In this document: in pieces, positions 1 to 9,255 of the stretch
How the letters are laid out: each line of letters opens with the position of its first letter
How positions within the stretch are numbered: position 1 is the first letter of the stretch
Source of the DNA: Phycisphaerae bacterium
GTDB lineage: Bacteria; Planctomycetota; Phycisphaerae; Phycisphaerales; Phycisphaeraceae
Direction: 5' to 3'
NCBI GenBank assembly: GCA_030432595.1
Contig: JAUIGU010000020.1
Coordinates: 8,144-72,143 of the forward strand
Length of the DNA stretch: 64,000 bases
Notes under the pieces: model-generated
What the model saw: only the letters and a program-made list of their open reading frames with translations
Databases searched by the model: none
What the model was told of the DNA's origin: nothing
Program-made: the position numbers and the translations under genes

Positions 1-56
1 AGCTTCGGGTTCAAGGTCGAGCGGTCGATCGACGAGGGTTGAGGTTGTGGTGGGTG

Positions 57-82
57 GGACGGGTCACTTAAGCGACCCGTCC
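57..82. terminator. GC-rich hairpin between convergent genes (9-bp stem GGACGGGTC/GACCCGTCC, 8-nt loop); possible bidirectional terminator
   Basis: Read directly: 57-65 pairs with 74-82. It lies between a + strand frame that stops at TGA 40-42 (13 codons visible only) and the stop of the - strand CDS at 111. There is no U-tract, so terminator function is inferred only. Confidence 0.3.
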
Positions 83-110
83 GGGGGGAACGCGTGATTT
101 GAAATGTTCG

Positions 111-638
111 TTATTCGTACCGCTTCCCGTTGTGTTCGAGGTACCCATCAGGGTGCCGTTGTTGCGGGTCGTGGTGGGTCCAGTGGACCGCGCCGCCGAG
201 TTCGTTGGCCTCGAAGTCGCCCTTGAAGGTGATCGTGTCGCCCTCGCGGGGGTCGGGGACGCGGGGGGCGAGGTCGATGTTGTGGCTGATCTTGATGGTG
301 TGGCCGTCGGAGAGTTCGACAAGGAAGCGCTGGTGGCGTGAGCCTTCGTTGTCGTCGGGCAGGACCTTGACGATGGTGCCTTCGCCGGTGACGTGGACGC
401 CCGAGAGGTTTTTCTCTTGGAGTTGGGTGATGGGGTGGGCGTCGGTTTGCGCGGTGCGATTCGTGTCGGGGCGTTCGCGTGTGGCGGTGGGCGTGCCGGG
501 GGTTTGGCGCGGGCGCGGCGCATCCTTGGGTTCGTCCTTGAGGTCGATCCACCCGAGTTGCTGGGCGATGAGCACGAGGACGGCGAACAGGATTCCGAGC
601 GCCGTGCCGCCGACGGTTTTGGTTTTCTTGCTGGGCAT
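111..638 (-). CDS. DUF3465-family membrane-anchored/secreted protein
   Basis: 175-aa ORF with ATG at 638. It has an N-terminal hydrophobic anchor (GGTALGILFAVLVLIAQ). The C-terminal block HQRFLVELSDGHTIKISHNIDLAPRVP...GDTITFKGDFEANELGGAVHWTHHDP matches my memory of the DUF3465 signature. Confidence 0.75.
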   Translation of the reverse strand: MPSKKTKTVGGTALGILFAVLVLIAQQLGWIDLKDEPKDAPRPRQTPGTPTATRERPDTNRTAQTDAHPITQLQEKNLSGVHVTGEGTIVKVLPDDNEGSRHQRFLVELSDGHTIKISHNIDLAPRVPDPREGDTITFKGDFEANELGGAVHWTHHDPQQRHPDGYLEHNGKRYE

Positions 639-683
639 GGCGGGAGTTTAAGGGCAGACGGAGAACGCCACGACCCCACCACG

Positions 684-1961
684 TCAGGACGTGGTGTTCA
701 ATAACCGCTCTTCGAGGAACGGGTTGCGGAACTTGCCGGCCGGGTCGAAGCGTTCAAGGAGGGCGGTGAAGCGGGTGAGGTGGTCGCCGTACGCCTCGTG
801 AATTGACTCAGCACGCATCGCGAACAGCTTGCCCCAGTGCGGGCGGGCCTGCAGCGGGATCAGGCGGGCTTCGAGGTCGGGGAGCAGCGCGGTGACGCCG
901 GGCACGTCACGGGTCCAGGTGAAGTGGATGCCCACGCAGTCGCGTCCGCAACACGGGCTCATCCAGAAGTTGTCGGCCGAGACGGTGCGCACTTCGGTGA
1001 CCTGGATGAGCGGCGTGATGCGGTCGCGCATGGCGTTGAGCGTGTGGAGGGCTTCGGCGGCGTGCTCGCGCGGGATGAGGTATTCGCTTTGCAGTTCAAC
1101 GCCGTTGCTGGGCGTGTGTTCGAGGCGGAAGTGCGGCAGTCGTTCGTGCCACGGCCCGGGTGCCCCGAGTTGCTGGGTGCAGGGCTCGGCCGAGATCTCG
1201 GGGAGCGGGTGCATCGATTGGTTTGCGGGCGTCGCGCCGAAGAAGTCGCGTTCGACCGGGATGGGTTGGCCGTCGGTGACGCGGTGCTTGAGCCAGACCT
1301 GGTTGAAGTGGGGGCCGGACCAGTCGGTGAAGAGGCTGACGCTGTACGCAGCGCCGGTGATGGCGTCGAGGTGTTCATCGAGTTGAGCCATCGGCAGGCC
1401 GAGGTAGACCTGCTGCGCGATGTCGAACCGTGGCTGCAGCTTGAGTTTGAGATAGACGACCGGCCCGAGCGCGCCCAGGCCGACGACCATGCCGTCAAAG
1501 TCGTCGGGGTGGGTTTGTGGCGAAACCTCGATCAACTCGCCGGCCGGACTGACGAGGGTCATTCCCACCACTGCGGCAGACAGCACGGGGTTGCGGTCGC
1601 CCGAGCCGTGGGTCGTGGTAGCGCACGCGCCGGCGACGGAGATATGCGGCAGGGATGCGAGGTTGTGCAGCGCGTAGCCCGCGTCGTTGAGGATCGGGCC
1701 GAGCTGGCCGTAGGTGATGCCGCCTTCGACGGTGACTGTGGGCGTGTCGGGGTTGGAAGTGTCGATGCCGACGACGTGGTTCAGGTTTTTCAGGCAGATC
1801 AGGTCGGCGTCCGGGCAGTCGGCGATGGGGTTGAAGGAGTGTCGTGTGCCGAGGGCGCGAACGCGGCGGCTCGCGCGGACGATCTCGCAGACTTCATCGA
1901 CGGAGCGGGGGTGGTGGATGCGCGCCGCTTGGTATCGGTGGTTGCCGGCCCAGTTTTCCAT
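684..1961 (-). CDS. FAD-linked oxidoreductase, alditol/xylitol oxidase - D-arabinono-1,4-lactone oxidase family
   Basis: 425-aa ORF. The N-terminal FAD-binding PCMH-type region includes ALGTRHSFN and LASLPHISVAGACATTTHGSG. The C-terminal ALO-type motif is ARPHWGKLF. Confidence 0.85.
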   Translation of the reverse strand: MENWAGNHRYQAARIHHPRSVDEVCEIVRASRRVRALGTRHSFNPIADCPDADLICLKNLNHVVGIDTSNPDTPTVTVEGGITYGQLGPILNDAGYALHNLASLPHISVAGACATTTHGSGDRNPVLSAAVVGMTLVSPAGELIEVSPQTHPDDFDGMVVGLGALGPVVYLKLKLQPRFDIAQQVYLGLPMAQLDEHLDAITGAAYSVSLFTDWSGPHFNQVWLKHRVTDGQPIPVERDFFGATPANQSMHPLPEISAEPCTQQLGAPGPWHERLPHFRLEHTPSNGVELQSEYLIPREHAAEALHTLNAMRDRITPLIQVTEVRTVSADNFWMSPCCGRDCVGIHFTWTRDVPGVTALLPDLEARLIPLQARPHWGKLFAMRAESIHEAYGDHLTRFTALLERFDPAGKFRNPFLEERLLNTTS

Positions 1962-2071
1962 GGAGAATGTTGGTGCGTGAGGGACGAAAAGCGAAATTGA
2001 GAAGGTGTTTTTCTAATCGCGATATTTGATCATACCGGTTGGGGTTTATGGTCGGATGGTCAACGAGAAAA

Positions 2072-2097
2072 CCCACGGACGGAGTCCGCGGGCTTCG
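2072..2097 (+). repeat. 26-nt dispersed REP-like hairpin element CCCACGGACGGAGTCCGYGGGCTTCG (copy 1)
   Basis: 25/26 identical to the reverse complement of 54478-54503. It contains a CCCACGGAC/GTCCGYGGG stem. It is intergenic, between the rny stop and the oxidase start. Confidence 0.5.
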
Positions 2098-2157
2098 TGG
2101 GAACTAGGTGAGTTTTTGGTGGGTGGGTACTGATCGTTGAAGCGACCAGTCCGGGGG

Positions 2158-3783
2158 TCACCGTGCGTAGTCGATGGTGCGGATTTCGCGGAGCACCGTC
2201 ACCTTGATTTCGCCGGGGAAGGTCATTTCTTCGGAGACCTTCTGGGCGATGGTGCGGGCGACGTGGTGGCAGCCGGCGTCGTCGATGTTGTCGGGGTCGA
2301 CGATGATGCGGACCTCGCGGCCGGCCTGGACGGCGTAGGCCTCCTTGACGCCCTTGGGTTGGCGGGCGATCTCTTCGAGTTCTTTCAAGCGCTTGATGTA
2401 TTTCTCGAGCGTCTCGCGTCGTGCGCCGGGGCGGGCGCCGGAGATGGCGTCGGCGGCCATGACGATCGGGGTGTAGGGCGTGGTCGCCGGGATGTCGTTG
2501 TGGTGGCCTTCGACGGCGTTGAGGACGGCCTCGGACTTTTCGCCGTGTTTGCGGAGGAAGTCGGCGCCGATCTTGGGGTGGCCGCCCTCGATCTCGTGGT
2601 CGAGCGCCTTGCCGATGTCGTGGAGGTAGCCGCAGCGGCGTGCGAGTTCGCCGTCGAGCCCGAGCTCGTCCGCGAGCACCTGGCAGAGCGCGGCGACCTC
2701 GACGGAGTGCCGCAGGATGTTCTGGCCGTAGGACGTGCGGTAGTGCAGCCGGCCCATGGTCTCGGAGACCTTGGGGTGCAGGCCCTGGAGGTTGACCTCG
2801 AGCGCCGCGTCTTTGCCGAACTTGGCGATCTTCTTCTCGAACTCCTCGAAGACTTCCTTGGAGAGCTCTTCGATGCGTTGCGGGTGGATGCGACCGTCCT
2901 TGAGCAGCGTGCGGAGGCACTCGGACGCGGCGGCGCGGCGGACGGGGTCGAAGCAGGACACGATCACCACGCCCGGCGTGTCGTCCACGACGACGTCGAC
3001 GCCGGTCGCCTGCTCGAAGGCGCGGATGTTCCGGCCCTCGCGGCCGATGACCCGGCCCTTCATGGCGTCGTCCTCGATCTGCACGGCGTTGGTGGTGGAC
3101 TCGGCGGTGTGCTCGCCGGCGAAGCGCTGGATGGCTTCGAGCAGGAGCTTCTGGGCGTTTTCTTTGATGTCTTCCTGGGCGCGTTCCTGGGCGGCCTTGA
3201 CGATCTCGCCGGCCTCGGTCTGGCACTGCTGCTGGAGCAGGTCCATGGCTTGACGCTTGGCCTCGTCTTCGGAGAGGTGCGAGAGGCGGAGCAGTTCCTG
3301 TTTCTTCTTCTCGTCGTGGTCGGCGTCGGCCTTGCGGCGCTGATCGATCATCTGGTCGAGGCGGTCCTGCTTGCCTTCGATGGCTTCTTCGCGCTTCTTG
3401 ACGTCGGCGCCCAGGTCGGCGAGGAACTTTTCCTTGGACGACAGCGTTTCGAGCTTGCGGTCCAGCAGGTCTTCCCGTTTGGTCAGCCGGCGTTCCTTTT
3501 CGTCGACCTCGTCGCGTTCTTTGGAGAGCTCGGCGGCGAGGTCGTCGCGGCGCTTGGCCTGCTCGTTGCGGGCGTCGAGCTCGATCTGTTTGGCGACGGT
3601 TTCGCCCTGCTGCTTCGCGTTGGCGACGATGGTGTCGGCCTCGGCCTTGGCGGCGGAGAGGGTTTTGACGCCCATGAACTTGGCGACGGCAAAGCCCGCG
3701 GCGGCGCCGAGTGCGAGCCCGAGGAGGATAAACAGCGCGATCTCGCCGCCGGTGGCCGCGAGAGTGGGGAGGAGGAGTGGCAT
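2158..3783 (-). CDS. rny: Ribonuclease Y
   Basis: N-terminal TM segment ([20 protein letters not shown]) and a K/E/A-rich coiled coil. KH domain: [28 protein letters not shown] domain: [20 protein letters not shown]...GYLHDIGKA. The ORF is open to 3876, but the ATG at 3783 (MPLLLP...) directly precedes the TM segment and is the likelier start. Confidence 0.93.
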   Translation of the reverse strand: MPLLLPTLAATGGEIALFILLGLALGAAAGFAVAKFMGVKTLSAAKAEADTIVANAKQQGETVAKQIELDARNEQAKRRDDLAAELSKERDEVDEKERRLTKREDLLDRKLETLSSKEKFLADLGADVKKREEAIEGKQDRLDQMIDQRRKADADHDEKKKQELLRLSHLSEDEAKRQAMDLLQQQCQTEAGEIVKAAQERAQEDIKENAQKLLLEAIQRFAGEHTAESTTNAVQIEDDAMKGRVIGREGRNIRAFEQATGVDVVVDDTPGVVIVSCFDPVRRAAASECLRTLLKDGRIHPQRIEELSKEVFEEFEKKIAKFGKDAALEVNLQGLHPKVSETMGRLHYRTSYGQNILRHSVEVAALCQVLADELGLDGELARRCGYLHDIGKALDHEIEGGHPKIGADFLRKHGEKSEAVLNAVEGHHNDIPATTPYTPIVMAADAISGARPGARRETLEKYIKRLKELEEIARQPKGVKEAYAVQAGREVRIIVDPDNIDDAGCHHVARTIAQKVSEEMTFPGEIKVTVLREIRTIDYAR

Positions 3784-3894
3784 GGGTGACCCTTGGGTAA
3801 AGTGCGTGGCCGCCGCACGAGGCGGGCGGTTGGCACGAACCGGGGTCGACGAGTGGCCGGGTGGGCGGCGCGGCAAAGCGCCGCCGCGATCGAA

Positions 3895-4173
3895 TCAGCA
3901 GCAGGCGTGGCGGGAAGCCAGAGGCAGGGGGGCGTGGGCCCCGGTGCCGGGCGGCGGGTGGAAGCAGCCACCGGGCGCGGCCTGCGGGGCGATGGTGAGG
4001 CTGCGGGCCGCGTCGGACGCGGCGGGGTTGATGCGTGCGACCAGCAGGCCGACGATCAGCAGCAAAACCAAGAGCAGGAACAACACGGTGGGCCTCGGAT
4101 TTCGCGTAAGCCTTGCAGCAGCGGCGGTTACAAAACCGTCGGATTCAGTCGGCCAAGGTCGTCGGTGGGTCAA
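3895..4173 (-). CDS. Hypothetical small membrane protein
   Basis: 92-aa ORF with one clear TM helix (TVLFLLLVLLLIVGLLVARI) and GC-rich third codon positions. It fills the gap between rny and the upstream operon. I recognise no family. Confidence 0.35.
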   Translation of the reverse strand: MTHRRPWPTESDGFVTAAAARLTRNPRPTVLFLLLVLLLIVGLLVARINPAASDAARSLTIAPQAAPGGCFHPPPGTGAHAPLPLASRHACC

Positions 4174-4305
4174 AAACCCGCCTGGATCGTGCCGGAAAGC
4201 GTGAAGTGAACCATCACTGAACGCTCAACAAAGTTTAATCCGGGGGGGTTAGGACCGTCAAGCATGGCGTCATGCGGCGGTTCGCTGAAAGCAGACCCTC
4301 ACCGC

Positions 4306-5070
4306 TCAGGCGGGTTTTCCCGGATCGGCCCGATTGGCGAACCGGACTTGGCGGACCCCGGTGTAGACCAGCGTCTCGAAGCCGAGCATCGCGATCCCGC
4401 CCACGGCGATGTAGGTCGCGGGGACCAGGTCGTCGGCGAGCCCGCCCGCCACCGGCCTCAGAACCCGTGCGATCTCGCCGGACTGGGCAAACCGGTGCAG
4501 CACGATCAACGCCGCGGCGGCGAGGACCCAGCCCAGCGCCGCGTAGCCGCACACCCGCTCGGCCAGGCGGATGGGCACGCGCCAGCCGCGCTGCTTGCTG
4601 AAAAAGGCCACGCCGCCGGCTTCGATGTAGGTGAGAACCAGGGTTGCCTTGGCCGCGATCATGCCCATCGCCCAAGCCAACCAGGCGGGCCGGCCCAGCC
4701 ACGCGACCTCCGCCAACGCCCACATCCCGCCGACCAGGCAGGCGACCGAGAGCAGGTACAGCCTGGCGGGGAGGTTGCCGCCGTCGGTCCGCAGGGTGCG
4801 GAAAAACACACGGGGTCGGCAGATCAGGTCCACGGCGATGTCGATCCACGCGCCCGGTCCGGGCCGGGCCTGCCACAGCGGCCCGGTGCGCCGCGCCGGG
4901 TCGGACTCGGCCAAAGGTCGGCCGCACTCGGGGCAGTCGGCGTCGAGGTGCAGGCCCTGCATCGGGTAGCCGCAGGTCTCGCACAGCCACGCGTCGGGGT
5001 GGTGGTCGGCGTCGGTGCGGAGCGCGGCGCGGCCGTGGAGGTTGACGCTTTTTGCGGGCGGGTTGCTCAC
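4306..5070 (-). CDS. Hypothetical polytopic membrane protein with N-terminal CxxC...CxxC zinc ribbon
   Basis: The zinc ribbon CETCGYPMQGLHLDADCPECG is followed by several hydrophobic helices. The ORF is open to 5397, but that extension overlaps the upstream gene (stop 5142). A GTG at 5070 (VSNPPAK) is a plausible start. The exact start is uncertain. Confidence 0.6.
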   Translation of the reverse strand: MSNPPAKSVNLHGRAALRTDADHHPDAWLCETCGYPMQGLHLDADCPECGRPLAESDPARRTGPLWQARPGPGAWIDIAVDLICRPRVFFRTLRTDGGNLPARLYLLSVACLVGGMWALAEVAWLGRPAWLAWAMGMIAAKATLVLTYIEAGGVAFFSKQRGWRVPIRLAERVCGYAALGWVLAAAALIVLHRFAQSGEIARVLRPVAGGLADDLVPATYIAVGGIAMLGFETLVYTGVRQVRFANRADPGKPA

Positions 5071-5141
5071 CGCGGGGATCGTAGAGCGCGGTGGGGTGGG
5101 TGGCGTGATGGCGGAGCGGCGGCGTGGTGAGTCGGGATGCC

Positions 5142-6161
5142 TCAAACCGCGTGCACCGGTTGGGATGCGGGTGCGCTGCCAGGTTGGCCCGTGGCCCAGG
5201 TCGTCAAGGCGTGGGCCAGGTTGCGCGGCCGGGCATCGACGGACCAGAACACGTTCGGCCGGTCGTTCAACAGTTCGCGGAACCACGGCTGATCGGGGGC
5301 GATGATCGGCCGGCCCGTTCGCGCCGCCAGATCGATGGACAACGGTCCGGCATGGTTGGACAGCAACACCGCGTCGGCGTGGGGCAGCACGCGCCACGGC
5401 GTGTCGAGCGCGGCGGTCTGCACGAACAGGTCGGCGTGCCCCGTGCCGGCCGCCACCGGCTGCTGCTCGGCCCGGCCGGCCTGCCGCGGGTGGACGATCA
5501 GCCGGAGGTTCTGCCCGGTGACCTCGCGGGTCAGCGCCAGCGCGAACGCCGGGCCGTCCACCGACGCTGCTGCGGCCGGTTCGCTGAGCAGCACGACCGT
5601 GCGGGTCCGCGGATCGACATCAAACCCGGGCGCGGCGTCGGCCGATCGGTCGAGCACCTCACCGATGTCGGCGGGCTCGACGTAGACGCGTCCCGAGGGC
5701 AGCCCGGCGCGCAGCAGGTCTTCCCGCAGCCCCTGCGTCAGCGTCCGCACGTTGAAGCCGGCCCGGTACATCAGCTTGTGCAGTCGCCGCGCGGTGGCGG
5801 GGTCGGGGCGCTGGGTGATGTGGAGCGTCCGCGCCGTGCTCGGGCGGAACGCGGCCGCCGCCGACAAGGCCTGCAACGTCCAGGCTTCGACTTCGTGGTC
5901 GGTGTCCTGCCCGGCGTGCGGTGTGTTGCCGTGATACATCGCGTGGTGGACGGCCGTGGGTGCCAACAGCGGCCGGCCCAACGGGACCCCCACGCGCTGC
6001 AGCGGCTCCACGCCCAGCGATCGTGCTTGGGCCTCCAAGGCGCTTCCGCCCATCAGCAGCACGCGCGAGGGCACTTCGCTGTCCCGCAGCGTCTGCGCGA
6101 GCAGCGCCAGCGTCGTGCCGCACGCCTGGGGGTCGCGGTCGTCGAGGATGTGCAGGGTCAT
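5142..6161 (-). CDS. Hypothetical protein, possibly GT-B fold glycosyltransferase-like
   Basis: 339-aa ORF. Its ATG overlaps the upstream stop (ATGA at 6158-6161). The C-terminal part (ADAVLLSNHAGPLSIDLAARTGRPIIAPDQPWFRELL) resembles the C-terminal half of GT1/GT4 enzymes. The functional call is weak. Confidence 0.55.
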   Translation of the reverse strand: MTLHILDDRDPQACGTTLALLAQTLRDSEVPSRVLLMGGSALEAQARSLGVEPLQRVGVPLGRPLLAPTAVHHAMYHGNTPHAGQDTDHEVEAWTLQALSAAAAFRPSTARTLHITQRPDPATARRLHKLMYRAGFNVRTLTQGLREDLLRAGLPSGRVYVEPADIGEVLDRSADAAPGFDVDPRTRTVVLLSEPAAAASVDGPAFALALTREVTGQNLRLIVHPRQAGRAEQQPVAAGTGHADLFVQTAALDTPWRVLPHADAVLLSNHAGPLSIDLAARTGRPIIAPDQPWFRELLNDRPNVFWSVDARPRNLAHALTTWATGQPGSAPASQPVHAV

Positions 6162-6895
6162 GGTTCGCGGTCCCGCCGCCGTGCCGCTTCGAGCCTTCGC
6201 TTCTCCGCCTCGGCCGCGGTGCCGGGCGCGTCGTCCTGCCAGTCGTAGAACAAGCGCGCAACCGAGAGTCCCGCGCTGTGCGCGAGGTCACGGCGCATCC
6301 GCGCCTCGCTGGTGCGGTCGGTCTCGGATGGGTCCAGGGTTTCGAACGACCGTCCCGCCACGACCGGGTACGCCGGTGCGCGCCCGCCGATCGACGGCGC
6401 GTCTGGCTGAGGGAACAGCCGCTGACCGGTCATGGTGTCGACGACGCGCACCTGCAGTTGGGCTTCGGGCCTTGAAAAGCTCGCGTCGGCGTTGAGCGAG
6501 ACCCGGGACGCCTCGACGTAGACCACGGTCTCGGCGTTGAGCCGGCGGCCCATTTCGTCGATGGGCATCGCCCGGAACGCGTCCGCGCCCCATTGTTCCT
6601 TCAGAGCGACCACCTCGTTGGCCGGGACCACGTTGGACGCGGCGACGGCGGCGTTGTCGGCGAGTTGCTGGGAGGTGCTCGCCGCGACCTGACGCGTGAA
6701 CTGCTCGGTCAACGCGTCCGCCCCCTGCGCTTCCACGACGACGACGGTCCTGCGGTTGGGCAAGGGGAACAGCGCCGGGTTCTTCCGGCTCTTGGCGGCG
6801 GCGAAGGGTGCCTCGATCAACGCGCACCCCCCGATCGACACTGGGCCGATCATCAACAGCAGCCACGCAGCGCAGGCCGTCCTACGAAAACGCAT
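6158..6895 (-). CDS. Hypothetical lipoprotein
   Basis: The start MRFRRTACAAWLLLMIGPVSIGGC gives a signal peptide plus lipobox Cys. The upstream part of the ORF (to 6988) overlaps the neighbouring gene. It has a similar size and architecture to the adjacent lipoprotein. Confidence 0.7.
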   Translation of the reverse strand: MRFRRTACAAWLLLMIGPVSIGGCALIEAPFAAAKSRKNPALFPLPNRRTVVVVEAQGADALTEQFTRQVAASTSQQLADNAAVAASNVVPANEVVALKEQWGADAFRAMPIDEMGRRLNAETVVYVEASRVSLNADASFSRPEAQLQVRVVDTMTGQRLFPQPDAPSIGGRAPAYPVVAGRSFETLDPSETDRTSEARMRRDLAHSAGLSVARLFYDWQDDAPGTAAEAEKRRLEAARRRDREP

Positions 6896-6902
6896 CAGCC
6901 GA

Positions 6903-7568
6903 TCACTCCTGGTATTCGTGGAACAGGCCCGAGGCGCGGCGGGCGAACGTGCGGAGCACCGCGAGCTGGATCGTCTGGTCGTCGCCACGCGTCAGGCCGA
7001 CCGTCGTGCTCTCGGGGAACTCGGCCCGGACGTGTTCCTCGAAGGTTTTGTCGTCGGGGTCGGTCGCCTCGGCTTCGTGGACGGCGACGTTCGCGTCGAT
7101 CACGCCCCGCCACAGGTGCGCGTTGCCGGGTTCCTGCGTCCGGTACTCGGCGATGTCGATCACGATCAGCCGCTCCACCGCCAGCGCCGTGATCAGGTCG
7201 CGCGGGGGCACCGCGCTCCAGAACGGGTTCTGCTTCTGGTACTCCGCGACCTGGTCGGGGCTCACGGTGGTCAGGCCCGGCACGCTCTGCGTGAGGTTGC
7301 GGCTGACCGCGGCGCTGACGCTGACCGCCGCGTCGGGGAACCGGTGACGGACGTACTCATCGGCGAGGACGAGCACGGCGACGTGCCGACCTTCCATGTC
7401 GTGGTACTTGGGCGCGAAGGTCTGGGGGCCTTCTTCGCGGTCCATCGCGGCGAACGGCAGGCCGATGACCTCGCACCCCGGGGCCGTAATCAACAGCCCG
7501 GTCAGCAGCAGCGCGGCCGTCAACGACAAGCGGCGGGACAGCGAATTGGCAATTCTTCGGATCGTCAT
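6903..7568 (-). CDS. Hypothetical lipoprotein (architectural paralog of 6158-6895)
   Basis: The start MTIRRIANSLSRRLSLTAALLLTGLLITAPGC gives a signal peptide plus lipobox. Its ATG overlaps the stop of the upstream DUF2752 gene (ATGA at 7565-7568). The 411-aa track ORF is an artefactual extension. Confidence 0.7.
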   Translation of the reverse strand: MTIRRIANSLSRRLSLTAALLLTGLLITAPGCEVIGLPFAAMDREEGPQTFAPKYHDMEGRHVAVLVLADEYVRHRFPDAAVSVSAAVSRNLTQSVPGLTTVSPDQVAEYQKQNPFWSAVPPRDLITALAVERLIVIDIAEYRTQEPGNAHLWRGVIDANVAVHEAEATDPDDKTFEEHVRAEFPESTTVGLTRGDDQTIQLAVLRTFARRASGLFHEYQE

Positions 7569-8074
7569 GGCAAGGTCCAGGGGTGTCCCAGCAAGGCGTC
7601 GGCGACGCGGTAAGCCCAAGCGAGGGCGACCGTCAAGCCCAGCGCGGTCAACACACGTCCCGACAGCAGGACCGCCGCGAGCGGATACAACGAACGGCCC
7701 GTCCACAACGCCCACCCGCCCACGAAGACCGACAGCGCCATCGCCAAGGCGAACATCGCGCCGGCGGGCTGGACGATGAATGCGGCGATCAGTCGGCCGT
7801 GCGCGGCGAGTGTGACGGCCGTGGTCATCCCGCAGGTCGCGCACGGGACGCCGCTGCTGGCCTCGAAGCCGCAGGGCGAAAAACCCAACTGCGTATGGGT
7901 GCCGTAACCGGCGGGGTTGGCGTCGAGGTTGACGGCCACGGCGAGCACGGCGGCACCGCCCAGCAGGAGCAGCAGACCGGCAAGCCGCGCGGACCACGTC
8001 GCCGCGACGCGTCGATCGCCGGCGGGTGCGGCGGCTCGCGGCGGGGCCGGGATGGCGGACGGATCGTTGGTCAC
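7565..8074 (-). CDS. DUF2752 domain-containing membrane protein
   Basis: 169-aa ORF with the motif FSPCGFEASSGVPCATCGMTTA (C-P/x...G-x-P-C-x-x-C-G-M-T-R/T type) and four hydrophobic helices, as in DUF2752. Confidence 0.7.
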   Translation of the reverse strand: MTNDPSAIPAPPRAAAPAGDRRVAATWSARLAGLLLLLGGAAVLAVAVNLDANPAGYGTHTQLGFSPCGFEASSGVPCATCGMTTAVTLAAHGRLIAAFIVQPAGAMFALAMALSVFVGGWALWTGRSLYPLAAVLLSGRVLTALGLTVALAWAYRVADALLGHPWTLP

Positions 8075-8144
8075 GAGCCCCAGAGGATACCCGACGGCCG
8101 GGGCGAACGGCCAAATACGGGATGCGTCGCGGTACCATGAAACG

Positions 8145-9188
8145 ATGGTGCTCGCCGCCGATCCTCAGACCGATCTCGAAGCCAAGAGCGGCACGGACGC
8201 TGCGCCGACGAAACAGCAGCGCCGCCGTGCGCGGCGCCGGCGCGTGGCCCGACGCACGATCTCCGTGTTGCCGACGCTGTTCACGCTGGGAAACCTGCTG
8301 GCGGGATTCGGGGCGGTGTTCACGGCGTCGCGCCCGCCGGACACGCCGTTGCCGTTTGGTTGGTCGCCGATTACGTTCGCCGCGCTGCTCGTGCTGCTGG
8401 GCATGATCCTCGACGGGTTGGACGGCCGGATCGCGCGGCTGACCCGCAGCTTCAGCGACTTGGGCGAGCAGCTGGACTCGATGGCGGACATGGTGACTTT
8501 CGGCGTGGCGCCGGCGTTCATCGTCGTGCAGGCCGTGCGGGTGCAGACGCCCTTCATCGGCGAGAGCGCAGAACTGGACACGTTGTTCGATCGGTTCGGG
8601 CTGGTCGTGGCGATGGCGTTCGTCGCGTGCGCCGGGCTGCGCCTCGCCCGGTTCAACGTGGAACTAAACCAGGCGGATGAAGCCCGCGACACCGGGTTGA
8701 TCGACACCCTCGACGACGAAGCCATCGAGGTCGAGGAGGGTGAAGACGACCCGGACGAGGAAGAACTCGCGAAACACCTCGCGTTCCGAGGTTTGCCTTC
8801 GCCCGCGGCGGCGGGCGCGGTGGTGGCGCTCGCGCTGCTGCATCAACACTTTCTTCACCAACCGGCACGAACGCTTCCGGCTCCGATGGAGGAACCCGGA
8901 ACGGGGCCGGCGGTCGAGGCGGCCGCGGGGGGCGCCGCGGTCGTCCTGATCATCGCGACGCTGCTCTGCGCGCTGCTGATGATCAGCCGCATCCGCTACG
9001 TCCACCTGGTCAACCGGTACGTGCGCCGGCGGGCGCCCTTCGGCGTGGTCGCGGGGGCGGTGGTCGCGGTGTTGCTGATGTCGGTCAGGCCGCAGTACAC
9101 GCTGGCCCTGGCGTTCACGGCGTACGCGGTGTCGGGGGTGGTCGGGGCCGTGGTGTCGCGGAAGCGCGGCGATCGAAGCGCCGCGTAG
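8145..9188 (+). CDS. pssA: CDP-diacylglycerol--serine O-phosphatidyltransferase (CDP-alcohol phosphatidyltransferase family)
   Basis: The CDP-alcohol motif D-G-x2-A-R-x8-G-x3-D-x3-D is present as DGLDGRIARLTRSFSDLGEQLDSMAD. The N-terminal LPTLFTLGNLLAGFGAV is also present. The ATG at 8145 (MVLAAD) is preferred to the TTG at 7917, which overlaps the divergent gene. The protein carries an acidic insertion and a long C-terminus. Confidence 0.85.
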   Translation: MVLAADPQTDLEAKSGTDAAPTKQQRRRARRRRVARRTISVLPTLFTLGNLLAGFGAVFTASRPPDTPLPFGWSPITFAALLVLLGMILDGLDGRIARLTRSFSDLGEQLDSMADMVTFGVAPAFIVVQAVRVQTPFIGESAELDTLFDRFGLVVAMAFVACAGLRLARFNVELNQADEARDTGLIDTLDDEAIEVEEGEDDPDEEELAKHLAFRGLPSPAAAGAVVALALLHQHFLHQPARTLPAPMEEPGTGPAVEAAAGGAAVVLIIATLLCALLMISRIRYVHLVNRYVRRRAPFGVVAGAVVAVLLMSVRPQYTLALAFTAYAVSGVVGAVVSRKRGDRSAA

Positions 9189-9255
9189 TCTGCGGGTGTT
9201 GGCCTTCGGGCCGGAGCAGCCTCCCCCGGCCCCTCCCGGTGAAAGGAGAAGAGCA

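Noticed and set aside
2137-3789. 550-aa + strand ORF overlapping rny
   Set aside because: It is a shadow frame of a clearly recognisable RNase Y gene. It has low-complexity G/A/V/D/L composition and no recognisable domain.
4173-4318. 12-bp inverted repeat AAAACCCGCCTG / CAGGCGGGTTTT flanking the 4185-4306 intergenic region
   Set aside because: It is a single 12-mer pair separated by about 120 nt. My rough expectation for such a match by chance in 64 kb is of order one. The right arm overlaps a stop codon, and no supporting structure lies between the arms.
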